DNA of 64,000 nucleotides from Thermodesulfobacteriota bacterium (GCA_034189385.1 JAXHVD010000014.1:1-64000); one strand, 5' to 3'. Shown: positions 8,606 through 20,350, counted from the first letter of the stretch. Notes: generated from the letters alone by a model not told the origin. Made by a program: numbers and translations.

Positions 8606-9478
8606 CTACTGAAGCTGGTACCAAGGCTCCGGCATTTGATAGACTGGAATCGTTGAGTGATAATGCATGGCCTTGGTAAACTTGTCGATGGCACCGGTTG
8701 CAGAACTCGTCTCGCTGTAAGAGGTCTTGCTTACCAGGTCGGGTACTGGAGTAGTGATAACCCATAGGTCCCCGCCTTCCATGAGTTGCACCTTCATCAG
8801 AGCGGTGGCATTCCCCACGCCCACGGCTGAAATAGTGTGATTCAGTTCTGGCGCCTTGGTGGCCAAGACATCCGTATCCGTGTCAGAGACCATGACACTG
8901 GTGGTGCTGGTATTGCTTCCGGCAGCGATAAACTCGTTGGTGGCAGGTATCTTACGGTCGGCTACCCAGGGGCAGAGGGATGGCATGTCGTTCAAACCTT
9001 CACGATCCCCATTGGCCACGATGCTCAGGCCGACTCTTTCTTTGTTCGTCGCATTGGCAATGAGGCTTGCCTCTGAGGCCACATACCCGTAGTTTTTGGC
9101 CACGTCCAGATTGGGCTCACCTTCGGAGGCGGCGGCAAAATTTTTGTTTAACTGAAAAAAGGATGTATCGGTGGTGGCCAGCTCCTCGGTATAACGGATC
9201 TCGGCTGCTCTGCCGCCGGTTTGCAAGAACTGGGGGACGCCAGGATGATCAAGGGTACTGCCGGGGTCCATGTTAAGGGTGGTGTCATCGTGCACCCACG
9301 TCCAGACAAAGGCTTCCACCTCTGTACAGTCCCCGGCCGACATCTCAACATCCACGGCCGTCGTGATGCCGAATCCCTCTTTTGGGGGCGGAACCGGCGG
9401 ACTTGCCAAGGCATATCCCACAAAACCCATCAACACCGTACCTGTAATAGCCAAAATCCACAATTTTGAACGCATCAT
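8606..9478 (-). CDS. Secreted protein resembling the Methanospirillum-type sheath (MspA-like) family
   Basis: SD-like GAAAGGAAAG before ATG 9478; signal peptide; motifs VPPPKEGFGITT, YTEEL, LCPW..IPA, LMEG, YSETSSATGAIDKFTKAMHY match my recollection of that family; no alignment run. Confidence 0.6.
   Translation of the reverse strand: MMRSKLWILAITGTVLMGFVGYALASPPVPPPKEGFGITTAVDVEMSAGDCTEVEAFVWTWVHDDTTLNMDPGSTLDHPGVPQFLQTGGRAAEIRYTEELATTDTSFFQLNKNFAAASEGEPNLDVAKNYGYVASEASLIANATNKERVGLSIVANGDREGLNDMPSLCPWVADRKIPATNEFIAAGSNTSTTSVMVSDTDTDVLATKAPELNHTISAVGVGNATALMKVQLMEGGDLWVITTPVPDLVSKTSYSETSSATGAIDKFTKAMHYHSTIPVYQMPEPWYQLQ
8607..8641 (-). repeat. 35-nt direct repeat, copy 2
   Basis: TATCAAATGCCGGAGCCTTGGTACCAGCTTCAGTA on the minus strand. 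Confidence 0.95.
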
Positions 9479-10363
9479 CTTTCCTTTCTCAATTTCTAAG
9501 TACATAAAAAGAGCGGAGATCCACAATAATTGTCCCCGTAGCACACACAACGACACCAGTCAACAAAAATGCGCTTAAAAATGTAGTTTTGTTGAAGGGA
9601 AAGCCCATGAAGCTGGACCGGGCAGTGTTCGATGAGATCTATGAAACACAACCAGGGGCTTTGGTTAAGCTGCTTTCGGCTTCAAGTTTCCCTCCATGCC
9701 ATCTAGCTCGATTTTTACCACTTTAAAGATAACCCGGTGATATCTTGATTCCCAAATCCAGGGCGTGTGGGGATACTCCCCATGACCACAATCAAAAACG
9801 GCCCACTTTCGGACGGGCTCGCTAACCCTGCACCGAGGCCGACTCAGTCGTCCAGAGGAGTGTCTCACCAGGGCTAATGGGCACATCCGCAAAATTATGA
9901 AATACCGACTTCGCCGTTAAGAAGCTTAAGACAGTTGGAAGCGTCCCTGGGGTCGCCCGTTAACGGGGTGTTGCCCAAATCTCTTCTCCCTTAGTTCTGA
10001 GCCGTTTGTTGATACATCTAAGGCTTGCTCCACGCGATGCCAAAACTCACCCTTCGGGCTCAAGCAGTTGAAATCGCTTGTCTTGCGCATCGCCAAGATT
10101 TGTCGGCAAAAAACGCCCCAACGAACCGGTCAAAGAGATTGCCGTTTGGGCAACATCCCGTTAAATATTTGCTATTGGCCTTTGCGGATGAGCTGCCATT
10201 CTCAGCAAGATAGGATGCAGGAGGTGCGTGAAGACCTCAAATATGCAAGGAAGAGTGAGGCATGGCAAGGTGGATGCAGCCGTTCTTGGAGAGTCCGCCA
10301 AGTGTGAGCAGGCAATAAGACAGGAGTACGTCCTGATTCGCCCCCCAAGACCGTTCCATCGTC

Positions 10364-11008
10364 TTAGCCGATCATGACCAAACCGGCCACCCAAGCCACG
10401 GACTCATCCTTCCACACGCCTTCTTCTTTGCTTGGATTGGTGGACCATCCACAGGTTTTCATTAAAGCGAATACATCGATGCCGTAACCTGACATGGATG
10501 GTCGGGCGTATTTCGGATAGCGACATTCTCCGGTCCCTGACAGCTTAGGGCATTCCGAGTGATCCTGACAAAAGAGCTCCTTACACGACCCCCCGGCAAA
10601 AGCCCTCGAACGGGTAAAACCCATTCGAATCGCTTCTTTCTCAATGGAAGCGACGAGTTCGCAGACAAATCTCCCCAATTCTGTGCTCACACTGGAGAGG
10701 AGCATTGCTGAAGGCACGACGACCCTGACAACCAGCGCCTGTTCTAGCTTACGCTGTAAATCCCGGAACCCTGCCGGCCCCGAAACGTGTGGTGGACAAC
10801 TCGGCGCAAGCCCATAATTTTGACACCGCGGTTGAGAGCAACGCTTGGCGAGTTCGTCTTTGACCAGAATGTCACTTGATGCAATGATCTTTGCATCACT
10901 TGCCCCCATCGATATGGCCAAGTCAGCCAATCTCTCCAGATGAATTCTCCTTTGATCATTGTCATCTTTCGGACTCAAGGCGAGCGACCCCTTGCGAACT
11001 GACTTCAA
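10364..11008 (-). CDS. DUF2284-family Cys-rich metal-binding protein
   Basis: C-x3-C..YG..PSCPP and AGGSC...C...C...CRYP..ARPSM..GIDV pattern; start uncertain. Confidence 0.85.
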   Translation of the reverse strand: MKSVRKGSLALSPKDDNDQRRIHLERLADLAISMGASDAKIIASSDILVKDELAKRCSQPRCQNYGLAPSCPPHVSGPAGFRDLQRKLEQALVVRVVVPSAMLLSSVSTELGRFVCELVASIEKEAIRMGFTRSRAFAGGSCKELFCQDHSECPKLSGTGECRYPKYARPSMSGYGIDVFALMKTCGWSTNPSKEEGVWKDESVAWVAGLVMIG

Positions 11009-11041
11009 AAACCCTCATCCCATGGGCAGGATCATGGCTCC

Positions 11042-11455
11042 ATGGGAAAAGACGAAGATGACATGCTGCCACAAACCTGCTCCAGAGGCCAGGGCAAAAA
11101 GCGTGTCAGCAATATGTGGCGCGAGGATACGTGGGGATACCTTAAGGACATCCTGCCAATAGAAGCGTTGAAAGAGACCTTGAGGCGGGAAGGATCGTCC
11201 TTGGCGGCTGCGTTATCACTAAAAACTCCCCCGCCTGGCAGTGTGTGGATGGCGGAGCTTGGAGCGATAAAGAGCAAATCTCTAAGGATGAGGGTGAGAA
11301 GGAAAGTGGCAACGCATCACGGACTCCATATGAAGGCCATAGGGAGACCACTTAAGTATCGGTGGGACGCTGACCCGGTAAGGTTTAAAGGGGTTAGGCT
11401 GTTTTGCGATCATGGAGCGTCCACCAGACCGGAGATGTATGAGCCTCCTACCTAA
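11042..11455 (+). CDS. Hypothetical protein (uncertain)
   Basis: 137-aa ORF followed by a hairpin; no recognisable motif. Confidence 0.3.
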   Translation: MGKDEDDMLPQTCSRGQGKKRVSNMWREDTWGYLKDILPIEALKETLRREGSSLAAALSLKTPPPGSVWMAELGAIKSKSLRMRVRRKVATHHGLHMKAIGRPLKYRWDADPVRFKGVRLFCDHGASTRPEMYEPPT

Positions 11456-11466
11456 ATGTAAGGGCC

Positions 11467-11510
11467 AAAAAGAAGGCGGCGTTTCAGATTGTGTTGAAAC
11501 GCCGCCCTTA
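11467..11510. terminator. Hairpin, probable katG terminator
   Basis: GGCGGCGTTTCA / TGAAACGCCGCC stem with an A-run on the left. Confidence 0.65.
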
Positions 11511-11603
11511 TTTGTTGCCAATCGTCTCTGTGATTGTTCAAAACTTCCGTCAGTTCGTGGCGGTTATATGGCTTTCTGATCCTCCGAGACGTTTATGCTA
11601 CGA

Positions 11604-13889
<2,286 letters not shown>

Positions 13890-14077
13890 CTATTTTGAAT
13901 CGCAATGTGACGTAGGTGGGGCCCAAAATCAATGGGGTAAAAACTGTATTTTAGGGGAAAAAATACGGTATACGGTATAAGGAACTACTTGGGGTCCCAT
14001 GTTGACGGGCTGTTGCCCAAACCAAAATTTGTTTGAGCGCCCATTGAAACGTTTTTTGTTCACAGATCTTGGCTTTG

Positions 14078-14362
14078 GGGACATCCTTGACCAGCCGGAC
14101 TTCGTGCGCCATGAACTCGGAACCCCTATTCAGAAAGGTTAAATTCATGCCGAGAAAAGCCACGTCGGATGCCCCTGGAAGACTGCATCATGTTACTATC
14201 GGTGGTGTTGATGCTCAGGCGGCACCTGGCAAAGGACCTCGTTGAGCGATACGGCCTTTCGCTAACGGAAACACGACGCCGGCTTGGTGTGTCTGCTTGT
14301 GCCAGTTCCAAATCGCTTAGTCAATCGGCTGAGCAGCATTCCCGTTGGTCAAGGACGTGCCC
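14078..14362 (+). pseudogene. Degenerate element: inverted repeats enclosing an HTH fragment resembling the C-terminus of REP-associated transposases
   Basis: IR GGGACATCCTTGACCAGC / GTTGGTCAAGGACGTGCCC; peptide LVERYGLSLTETRRRLGVSACASSKSL. Confidence 0.4.
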
Positions 14363-14488
14363 GTAAATTACCCTTTTGGGATGAATGCCTTGTTTTGGGT
14401 AAGATGATGCTTATTTTATATTAAGGTATACAGGTTGATCGATCGTATGAACACCTTAGGGGACCAGTTATTGATATCGGGTGATGTC

Positions 14489-14677
14489 ATGATGCGCAAC
14501 TTCATGTTGGCCATTCAACACCGTCTCAATCCACTTCACCTTTACTGCCGCCTGAGAGAAAAAGGCTTGAAGGGAAGCTGTTCCTTGTCCATGTGTAAGT
14601 GGTACCAAATACTCATTTACAGTTGGCTTTCACGGTTTTCGGTGGCTACAGTACGGATATGCAAGGATTCGACGTGA
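14489..14677 (+). CDS. Small conserved hypothetical protein
   Basis: QHRLNPLHLYCRL motif recalled from deltaproteobacterial small proteins. Confidence 0.6.
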   Translation: MMRNFMLAIQHRLNPLHLYCRLREKGLKGSCSLSMCKWYQILIYSWLSRFSVATVRICKDST

Positions 14678-14698
14678 CCCATTTGACCCACACCGCTA

Positions 14699-14887
14699 TT
14701 GAAGACCCTGCAGCAAGCTGCAGGGAATGTTCTACCTAGCGGCAGTGCTTCGCAGCGACCGTAAGGAATATGTCTCATTTTATATACGCTCGCTAACCCC
14801 GCAGCCCGCAGAGCACTGCCGTCAGGCAGAACCTACGGGGGCTGCGGTAGCTCTCCTGTGGAGAATGCGCTCGCTTAATCGGTTCAA
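14699..14887. mobile_element. Palindromic miniature element family C, copy 1 (IS200/IS605-like hairpin)
   Basis: TTGAA..TTCAA ends; hairpin CCCTGCAGCAAGCTGCAGGG followed by AAT; homologous to 53449-53686. Confidence 0.8.
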
Positions 14888-14903
14888 AAGGTGGTGGTGA
14901 CAC

Positions 14904-15104
14904 ATGAAACCCGAAGCGAAAACTGCTCACCCCAGAGGGGAAAAAGCAGAAGAAGTAAAACCCAAGCCAAAGTGCACCTATTGCCCATGGGGGCACTCCA
15001 TCTTATGGTATGAGACGATGCCTGTGTTGTGCCCTTACTGCCATGCCAAACTATCGCCCGGTGAGACAGCTTGCCGTGACTTTTCCTTTTCCTTCGTGTC
15101 CTAG
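14904..15104 (+). CDS. Small putative zinc-ribbon protein
   Basis: CTYC(PWGH) and CPYC motifs; GGTGGTGA upstream. Confidence 0.5.
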   Translation: MKPEAKTAHPRGEKAEEVKPKPKCTYCPWGHSILWYETMPVLCPYCHAKLSPGETACRDFSFSFVS

Positions 15105-15780
15105 TAGGAGAGGATCTGAAACCCCTGGCTAGCCGGACCCACCAAAAAGCGCAGAAACGTGCTAAATAAGAAGGATCCCATTCTGCCCGTCCTCACCGAG
15201 TGTTTTATTGGCCCACAGAGAATCAACATCTCTTCCCCATCGACGCCCTATGTGGTGCCTGCGTCTCCTATTTCCCCAACCCTTCGTCGTTGAGCTCGAG
15301 ACAGGTGCCGCTCGTCAAGGATCTCCCCAAAGACCATGCCAAGAGTCCATTTGAAATCGCCTGGCCCAAGCTTGGTCTGAAGGTGCAAATCAGAGAAGGG
15401 CCCATCACAGGCGCGGTGTCAGGCTGTTGACGCCTTCCGACGATCGTCACCCACCTTAACAGGACACCTCAAGGTACTGTCCTGGGTCTCTTGGATCCAA
15501 TCTGTCCCGTCTTTTGGGCAGCCCTCATTTGATGCCGATGATGTCCCCACAACTTTATTGCAATTATTACAAGCGCTTATAATCATTCATGGCCAGAAGG
15601 AAACGATTCGGCACTGCCCCTGCCGCCAAGACCCGTGACTTTCGGCATTATAATTGCAGGGTGATGATTTGGAATGGGCATTTTTGGACAGATATGAATC
15701 CTGACCATCCTGCTGAAACCCAAGACGATGGCCCATGTCTAGCGCGAACCAGGCATAGGCGATACAGGAGGTGAAGTAGA

Positions 15781-16080
15781 ATGAATCTAGCCTGTTCTCT
15801 ATGCAACGGGGTGATGACCCAGGAAGAGGGACAGCAGTTCTCTGCGGAGGTTCCCCAGATAGGCAAAACCCTTGTCTTCAAGGTCTGTCCCAGCTGCCAG
15901 GATAAGGCCAGGTATCATAAGCTACATGTCTGTCTTGGCTGCAAGTCCACTGCATGGGTTCAAAGCACTCAACCGACTCCCGGAGGCGTGAGGTATCACA
16001 TCAAGTTTCATTGCAACAACTGCATCACCACAAATATACGCGGAGCCTTTGCCCATGAGGCCCATGGTACAGGCTATTAA
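15781..16080 (+). CDS. Small protein with four CxxC motifs
   Basis: AGGAGGTG SD; CSLC, CPSC, CLGC, CNNC. Confidence 0.75.
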   Translation: MNLACSLCNGVMTQEEGQQFSAEVPQIGKTLVFKVCPSCQDKARYHKLHVCLGCKSTAWVQSTQPTPGGVRYHIKFHCNNCITTNIRGAFAHEAHGTGY

Positions 16081-16174
16081 AGAGACCATCATCATCGTCC
16101 TGTATTGCATCAGGTGAGTTTTCTTGACAGGCTATTGGAAGGTAGCCAGGGTCTTGAAACGGGTGGAGGTCTAG

Positions 16175-16405
16175 GTGCTTCTGAGGAAATGTATCATCTG
16201 TCACGTGGTCTATGGTTGCCTCACCAGCGAGAAGAGGTCTGTGTGCCAGCAATGTTCGGACGACCATGACTGCAAATCCAGAAAATGCCTGCTATTACTT
16301 GGTGACGATTATGTGACGGCCGGCATTTGTTTCAACTGCAAGGGCGCCGTCAGAGGCACGTCTCACAGGCCGTCTCATGGGAGCAACGAGGTGATCCACT
16401 CTTAG
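16175..16405 (+). CDS. Small Cys-rich protein
   Basis: GGAGGT SD, GTG start; CIIC, CQQC, CFNC plus additional Cys. Confidence 0.7.
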   Translation: MLLRKCIICHVVYGCLTSEKRSVCQQCSDDHDCKSRKCLLLLGDDYVTAGICFNCKGAVRGTSHRPSHGSNEVIHS

Positions 16406-16508
16406 CCGCCCCCCTGGAAAACAAGGTGGCTGGACGAAGATGATGATCCCTTGACTTCCGCTGCTCTCTGTTATACCCATAGAGAAAATATATGCAAGGG
16501 GGCGGCCC

Positions 16509-16946
16509 ATGACAGACGTAGACCAACAAGTTGATCGGTCTTCTCTTACTGCTCGCCTGCACAATCTGCTTCAGGATGTTTCCGGGTCCCTGCAAAGTGC
16601 ATCAACGGATGAGAAGCGAAGACTCTTAACGTTTTTGGAAAACTGGAAAAAGAAACAGAGACGAAGGAAGCATCGTAGGAAACCATGCGCCATTCCCGTA
16701 ACCTGCTCTACCAAGGATTTCCTCTCAAGAGATACGATTACAGACATCTGCCCAGGGGGCGTCTTTCTTGAAACCCCAGAACCACTCTCCTTGGGAGACC
16801 AGATCACCTTGATGCTGTCGCCGCAAGGTTCAGGGGAACTCATAGACTGCGCCGGCCAGGTGGCGTGGACACCTCCACGAGGAGTCGGCATACGGTTTAC
16901 CTCTGCGCCAAGCAAAGCCTTGCAGAAGATAATAGCATCGCCCTAG
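16509..16946 (+). CDS. PilZ-domain protein
   Basis: RKHRR (RxxxR) then DICPGGVFL; GQVAW..GVGIRF. Confidence 0.85.
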   Translation: MTDVDQQVDRSSLTARLHNLLQDVSGSLQSASTDEKRRLLTFLENWKKKQRRRKHRRKPCAIPVTCSTKDFLSRDTITDICPGGVFLETPEPLSLGDQITLMLSPQGSGELIDCAGQVAWTPPRGVGIRFTSAPSKALQKIIASP

Positions 16947-17194
16947 GCCCCTTCTTTGAATCCGCCCTTTCCAAGGCTTGGATGCTGCCAGTCTTCATGA
17001 CAGACTTCGGGATCTTTCTGCACACGATCACCGTCAGCATGGGAATTGGGACTCTAGGCAGCTGCCAGTTCTGCTTTCAGATCCAATGAGCGTGCTGATC
17101 TGCTATCTCAAGTTTGCGCCCGGCGGCTTCAAAAGAGGCGCACCCGTCGTTCCCGCTAATACCAGGTGTATCAAGACTTATACCCCCCGGATTT

Positions 17195-17296
17195 GGCAAC
17201 AGAGGGATGGGGAAATTCGCTGAACAAAGCCCTAGAGCCATTGCCACCCACAATCTTTGCATAGCTACTAAAGGCATTGGAGGCCGAAGAGCAGTC
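17195..17296. repeat. Degenerate internal fragment of MITE family B
   Basis: AGAGGGATGGGG..TCGCTGAAC and GCTACTAAAGGCATTGGAGGCCGAAGAG match the interior of the copies at 25904, 38734 and 44142. Confidence 0.65.
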
Positions 17297-17633
17297 GTGG
17301 GATCACGGCATCTGGTTTCCGCCGATGGTTCACACGGACTCCTTTTGCGGCGTGCGATTTGCACTCCCCTGGCCTCTGTGGTAATGTCTCATGAAGGCTT
17401 GGCTCCTTTCGTATTTTCGGCATTGGAAACAGCCCTACCGAACGTGCGACAAGGAGCTTTTGTTCCATAGGACGCCGTACCTTTCTTATACGGCCCGGCA
17501 TGGCCGGGATCTGCCGCCAGAATCACCCAAGGGGTATTGGCACAGGCCAATCCCTTGGGCACCTAGCCCGGACCGGTCCATGGCAATGCCAGCGGCCATC
17601 TAAAGGGAGACCTACATTGGCAGGGGGTGCCAG

Positions 17634-17846
17634 ATGACGACTGACCCATGGCAGAGGACCTGCAAGCGCTGTGGCCGAATCTTCGAGGTGGCCCTCTGGT
17701 GTCGTGAAGTCACCTACTGCGATGTCTGCCAGGCCGAATTAAATGCCCAGCCGATCGCTTCATTCGAAGAGAGGTCCACTGTTAAAGGCAAGGGATCGAC
17801 AGGTGAAATGGCAAATGGGGGTTGTGAAAGGTTGACAAAAGGGTAG
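17634..17846 (+). CDS. Small putative zinc-ribbon protein
   Basis: CKRCG..F and YCDVC motifs; GGGGGTG upstream. Confidence 0.6.
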   Translation: MTTDPWQRTCKRCGRIFEVALWCREVTYCDVCQAELNAQPIASFEERSTVKGKGSTGEMANGGCERLTKG

Positions 17847-17870
17847 CAATTTTAGGAGCCGGACTTCCCA

Positions 17871-19268
17871 ATGAGTACGCACCGAGGACTGCGGGTCCAT
17901 TTCACGTTGTTTGTGTCCACGCTTGCAATAGTGGCAGGCATCATTTTAGCAGTCTATCCTCCCTCCAAATTTTCGCCAGAAGAATCCAGGGCCGCAGCAC
18001 TGGCCGTTGTCACCATTGGCTTCTGGGCCACAGGGATCATCCCACAACATATCACGGCACTTCTCTTCTTTCTTCTGGCGATGCTTTTTTCAATATCCCC
18101 GGCAAAGGTGATCTTTTCCGGTTTTGCCTCAACGGCCCTGTGGCTCATCTTTGGCGGTCTCGTCATCGGCGTTGCCATAAACAGCACAGGCCTGGGAAAG
18201 ATCGTTGCCAGCAGAGCAGCAGTGCATCTCAACAGGAGTTACTTCAGGATCATTTTCGGCGTCGTCACCATCGGGGTCGTGTTTGCTTTCCTCATGCCCT
18301 CTGCCATGGGAAGGGTCATATTGTTGATACCTATCATCAGGGAACTCACCACCCATTTTGGTTTTGAGAAGGGTTCTAATGGACGAACTGGGGTTTTCCT
18401 TGCAGCCATCTTGGGATCATTTGTTCCGGCATTCGCCATTCTGCCGGCAAACGTGCCGAATATGGTTCTTGTGGGCCTGTCTGAGACACTATTTCACGTG
18501 TCTCCCCTATACGGGGAGTACTTACTACTGCACTTTCCCATTCTAGGGATATTAAGGGCTGCGGTGATTGTGGGCTTGATTCTGTGGCTTTATCCGGACC
18601 AGCCCAGGGAGGCCAAGGATGAAGCATTGACTCACACGCATCCCATGTCGAAGGATGCCAGGCTCCTGTCTCTGGTTTTATTCATCCTCTTAGCCCTGTG
18701 GATGACTGATTTTATTCATCATGTGTCGCCCGCATGGGTAGCCTTGGCAGGAGCTGTGTTTTTGCTGCTCCCCAAAATCAATCTGGTCAACAAGCAACAG
18801 TTTAATGAGAAGATAAACTACGGCTCATTGTTCTTTGTAGCCGGCATCCTGGGCCTTGGGGCAATGGTGAGCCATTCAGGATTGGGGGACACGCTGGCCA
18901 AGGGTCTCATTGGTTTGTTACCCTTTGGTGAGGAAAGCCCGTTCTGGGATTACATGTCTCTCAGTCTTGCTTCTTTACTCACCGGGGTAGCAACGACTGC
19001 GCCGGGAGTTCCGGCTGTCATCACGCCCCTCTCTGACACCCTATCTCAATTCACCAACTTGCCGCTGAAGACGATCCTGATGACGCAGGTAGTGGGGTTT
19101 TCAACGGTTATTTTCCCATTTCAGGCGCCTCCAGTAGCTATTGGCATGCAACTGGCTGGGGAAAGTCTCTCTGCGGCATTTAGAGTTTGTCTTGTCTTGG
19201 CCATTATAAGTATTTTCTTCTTGTTGCCATTGGACTATTTCTGGTGGAAGCTTTTAGGTTGGCTGTAG
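17871..19268 (+). CDS. SLC13/DASS-family anion transporter
   Basis: Many TM segments; FSGFAS, MPSAMGR, PANVPN motifs. Confidence 0.85.
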   Translation: MSTHRGLRVHFTLFVSTLAIVAGIILAVYPPSKFSPEESRAAALAVVTIGFWATGIIPQHITALLFFLLAMLFSISPAKVIFSGFASTALWLIFGGLVIGVAINSTGLGKIVASRAAVHLNRSYFRIIFGVVTIGVVFAFLMPSAMGRVILLIPIIRELTTHFGFEKGSNGRTGVFLAAILGSFVPAFAILPANVPNMVLVGLSETLFHVSPLYGEYLLLHFPILGILRAAVIVGLILWLYPDQPREAKDEALTHTHPMSKDARLLSLVLFILLALWMTDFIHHVSPAWVALAGAVFLLLPKINLVNKQQFNEKINYGSLFFVAGILGLGAMVSHSGLGDTLAKGLIGLLPFGEESPFWDYMSLSLASLLTGVATTAPGVPAVITPLSDTLSQFTNLPLKTILMTQVVGFSTVIFPFQAPPVAIGMQLAGESLSAAFRVCLVLAIISIFFLLPLDYFWWKLLGWL

Positions 19269-19357
19269 CACGCGCCGCCCACATGGCCTCATCCTTCCAC
19301 ATGCCAGCGGCTCCGAGCAAAGACCTTGTCATACCTCAAACTCGTCACCCAGCGATC

Positions 19358-20350
19358 TCATCTTCTCTCCTTCATCTCATAGACCACCGGACATCGACTC
19401 AGGTGTTTCTCGCCCCAATGGCACATCTCGGGCAGGTCCTGCCTGCAACTGGCCACGGCCAACCCACACCTGGGGTGAAAGGGACACCCTTTCGGCTTAA
19501 AGGCCGGATCAGGGACCGTGCCTGGAATGCTTTTAAGTTTCTTGCCCCGCTTCATACGATCGGGCAGTGAGGCGAGCAACCCCTGCGTATAGGGATGACA
19601 GGGGTCATGAAAGATGTCAGAGGCCCGGCCTTGCTCCACAATGATGCCGGCATACATGACATAGACACGATCGGCGATCTTCCTCACCACCCCCAGGTCA
19701 TGGGTGATGTAGAGAACGGCCATGTCCCGCCTTTTCTGGAGTTCTCCGAAAAGATCCAGAATCTGGGCCTGAACGGTCACATCCAGGGCAGTAGTCGGTT
19801 CGTCAGCGATCACCAGCTTGGGGTTGCATGCCAGGGCCATGGCAATCATGACCCTTTGCCGCTGGCCCCCGCTTAGCTGATGGGGATAGTCCTTGAGACG
19901 CGCTTCAGCGTCTGGAATGCCCACATCAGCAAGGAGTCGCACGCAGCGTTTTGCCACTGCTTGTGCCTTTGCCTCATGAACCAGAATCGCCTCTGCGATC
20001 TGATCCCCTATCGTAAATACAGGGTTTAAAGAGGTCATGGGCTCCTGGAAGACCATGGCGATCTCTCTACCTCTGACCCGTTGCATCTCTTCATCAGAAA
20101 GGCCGACAAGATCCCGCCCCTTGAACACCACCCGTCCGCCCTGGATCTCACCCGGAGGTCTAGGGATCAGCCCCAGAACGGTGAGAGCGGACACGGTTTT
20201 CCCACACCCTGACTCCCCGACCAGGCACACGGTCTCCCCCGGCCCCACCTCGAGACTCATCCCATCTACAGCCCTGGCAACCTTGTCGTTACCCCAGAAG
20301 TAGACCCTCAGGTCCTCGATGGAAAGGAGCATATGGTCCTTACTAGTCAT
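19358..20350 (-). CDS. Peptide ABC transporter ATPase (OppD/DppD-like)
   Basis: GESGCGKT, LSGGQRQR, ADEPTTALD, C-terminal GCPFHPRC. Confidence 0.95.
   Translation of the reverse strand: MTSKDHMLLSIEDLRVYFWGNDKVARAVDGMSLEVGPGETVCLVGESGCGKTVSALTVLGLIPRPPGEIQGGRVVFKGRDLVGLSDEEMQRVRGREIAMVFQEPMTSLNPVFTIGDQIAEAILVHEAKAQAVAKRCVRLLADVGIPDAEARLKDYPHQLSGGQRQRVMIAMALACNPKLVIADEPTTALDVTVQAQILDLFGELQKRRDMAVLYITHDLGVVRKIADRVYVMYAGIIVEQGRASDIFHDPCHPYTQGLLASLPDRMKRGKKLKSIPGTVPDPAFKPKGCPFHPRCGLAVASCRQDLPEMCHWGEKHLSRCPVVYEMKERR

Noticed and set aside
4123..8641. 35-nt repeat pair as a DGR template/variable repeat
   Set aside because: Too short, the single mismatch is G/C rather than adenine-specific, and there is no reverse transcriptase in the window
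14904..17846. CxxC microproteins as c-type cytochromes
   Set aside because: Only isolated CxxCH matches (CPYCH, CIICH) and no signal peptides; Zn/Fe binding is more plausible
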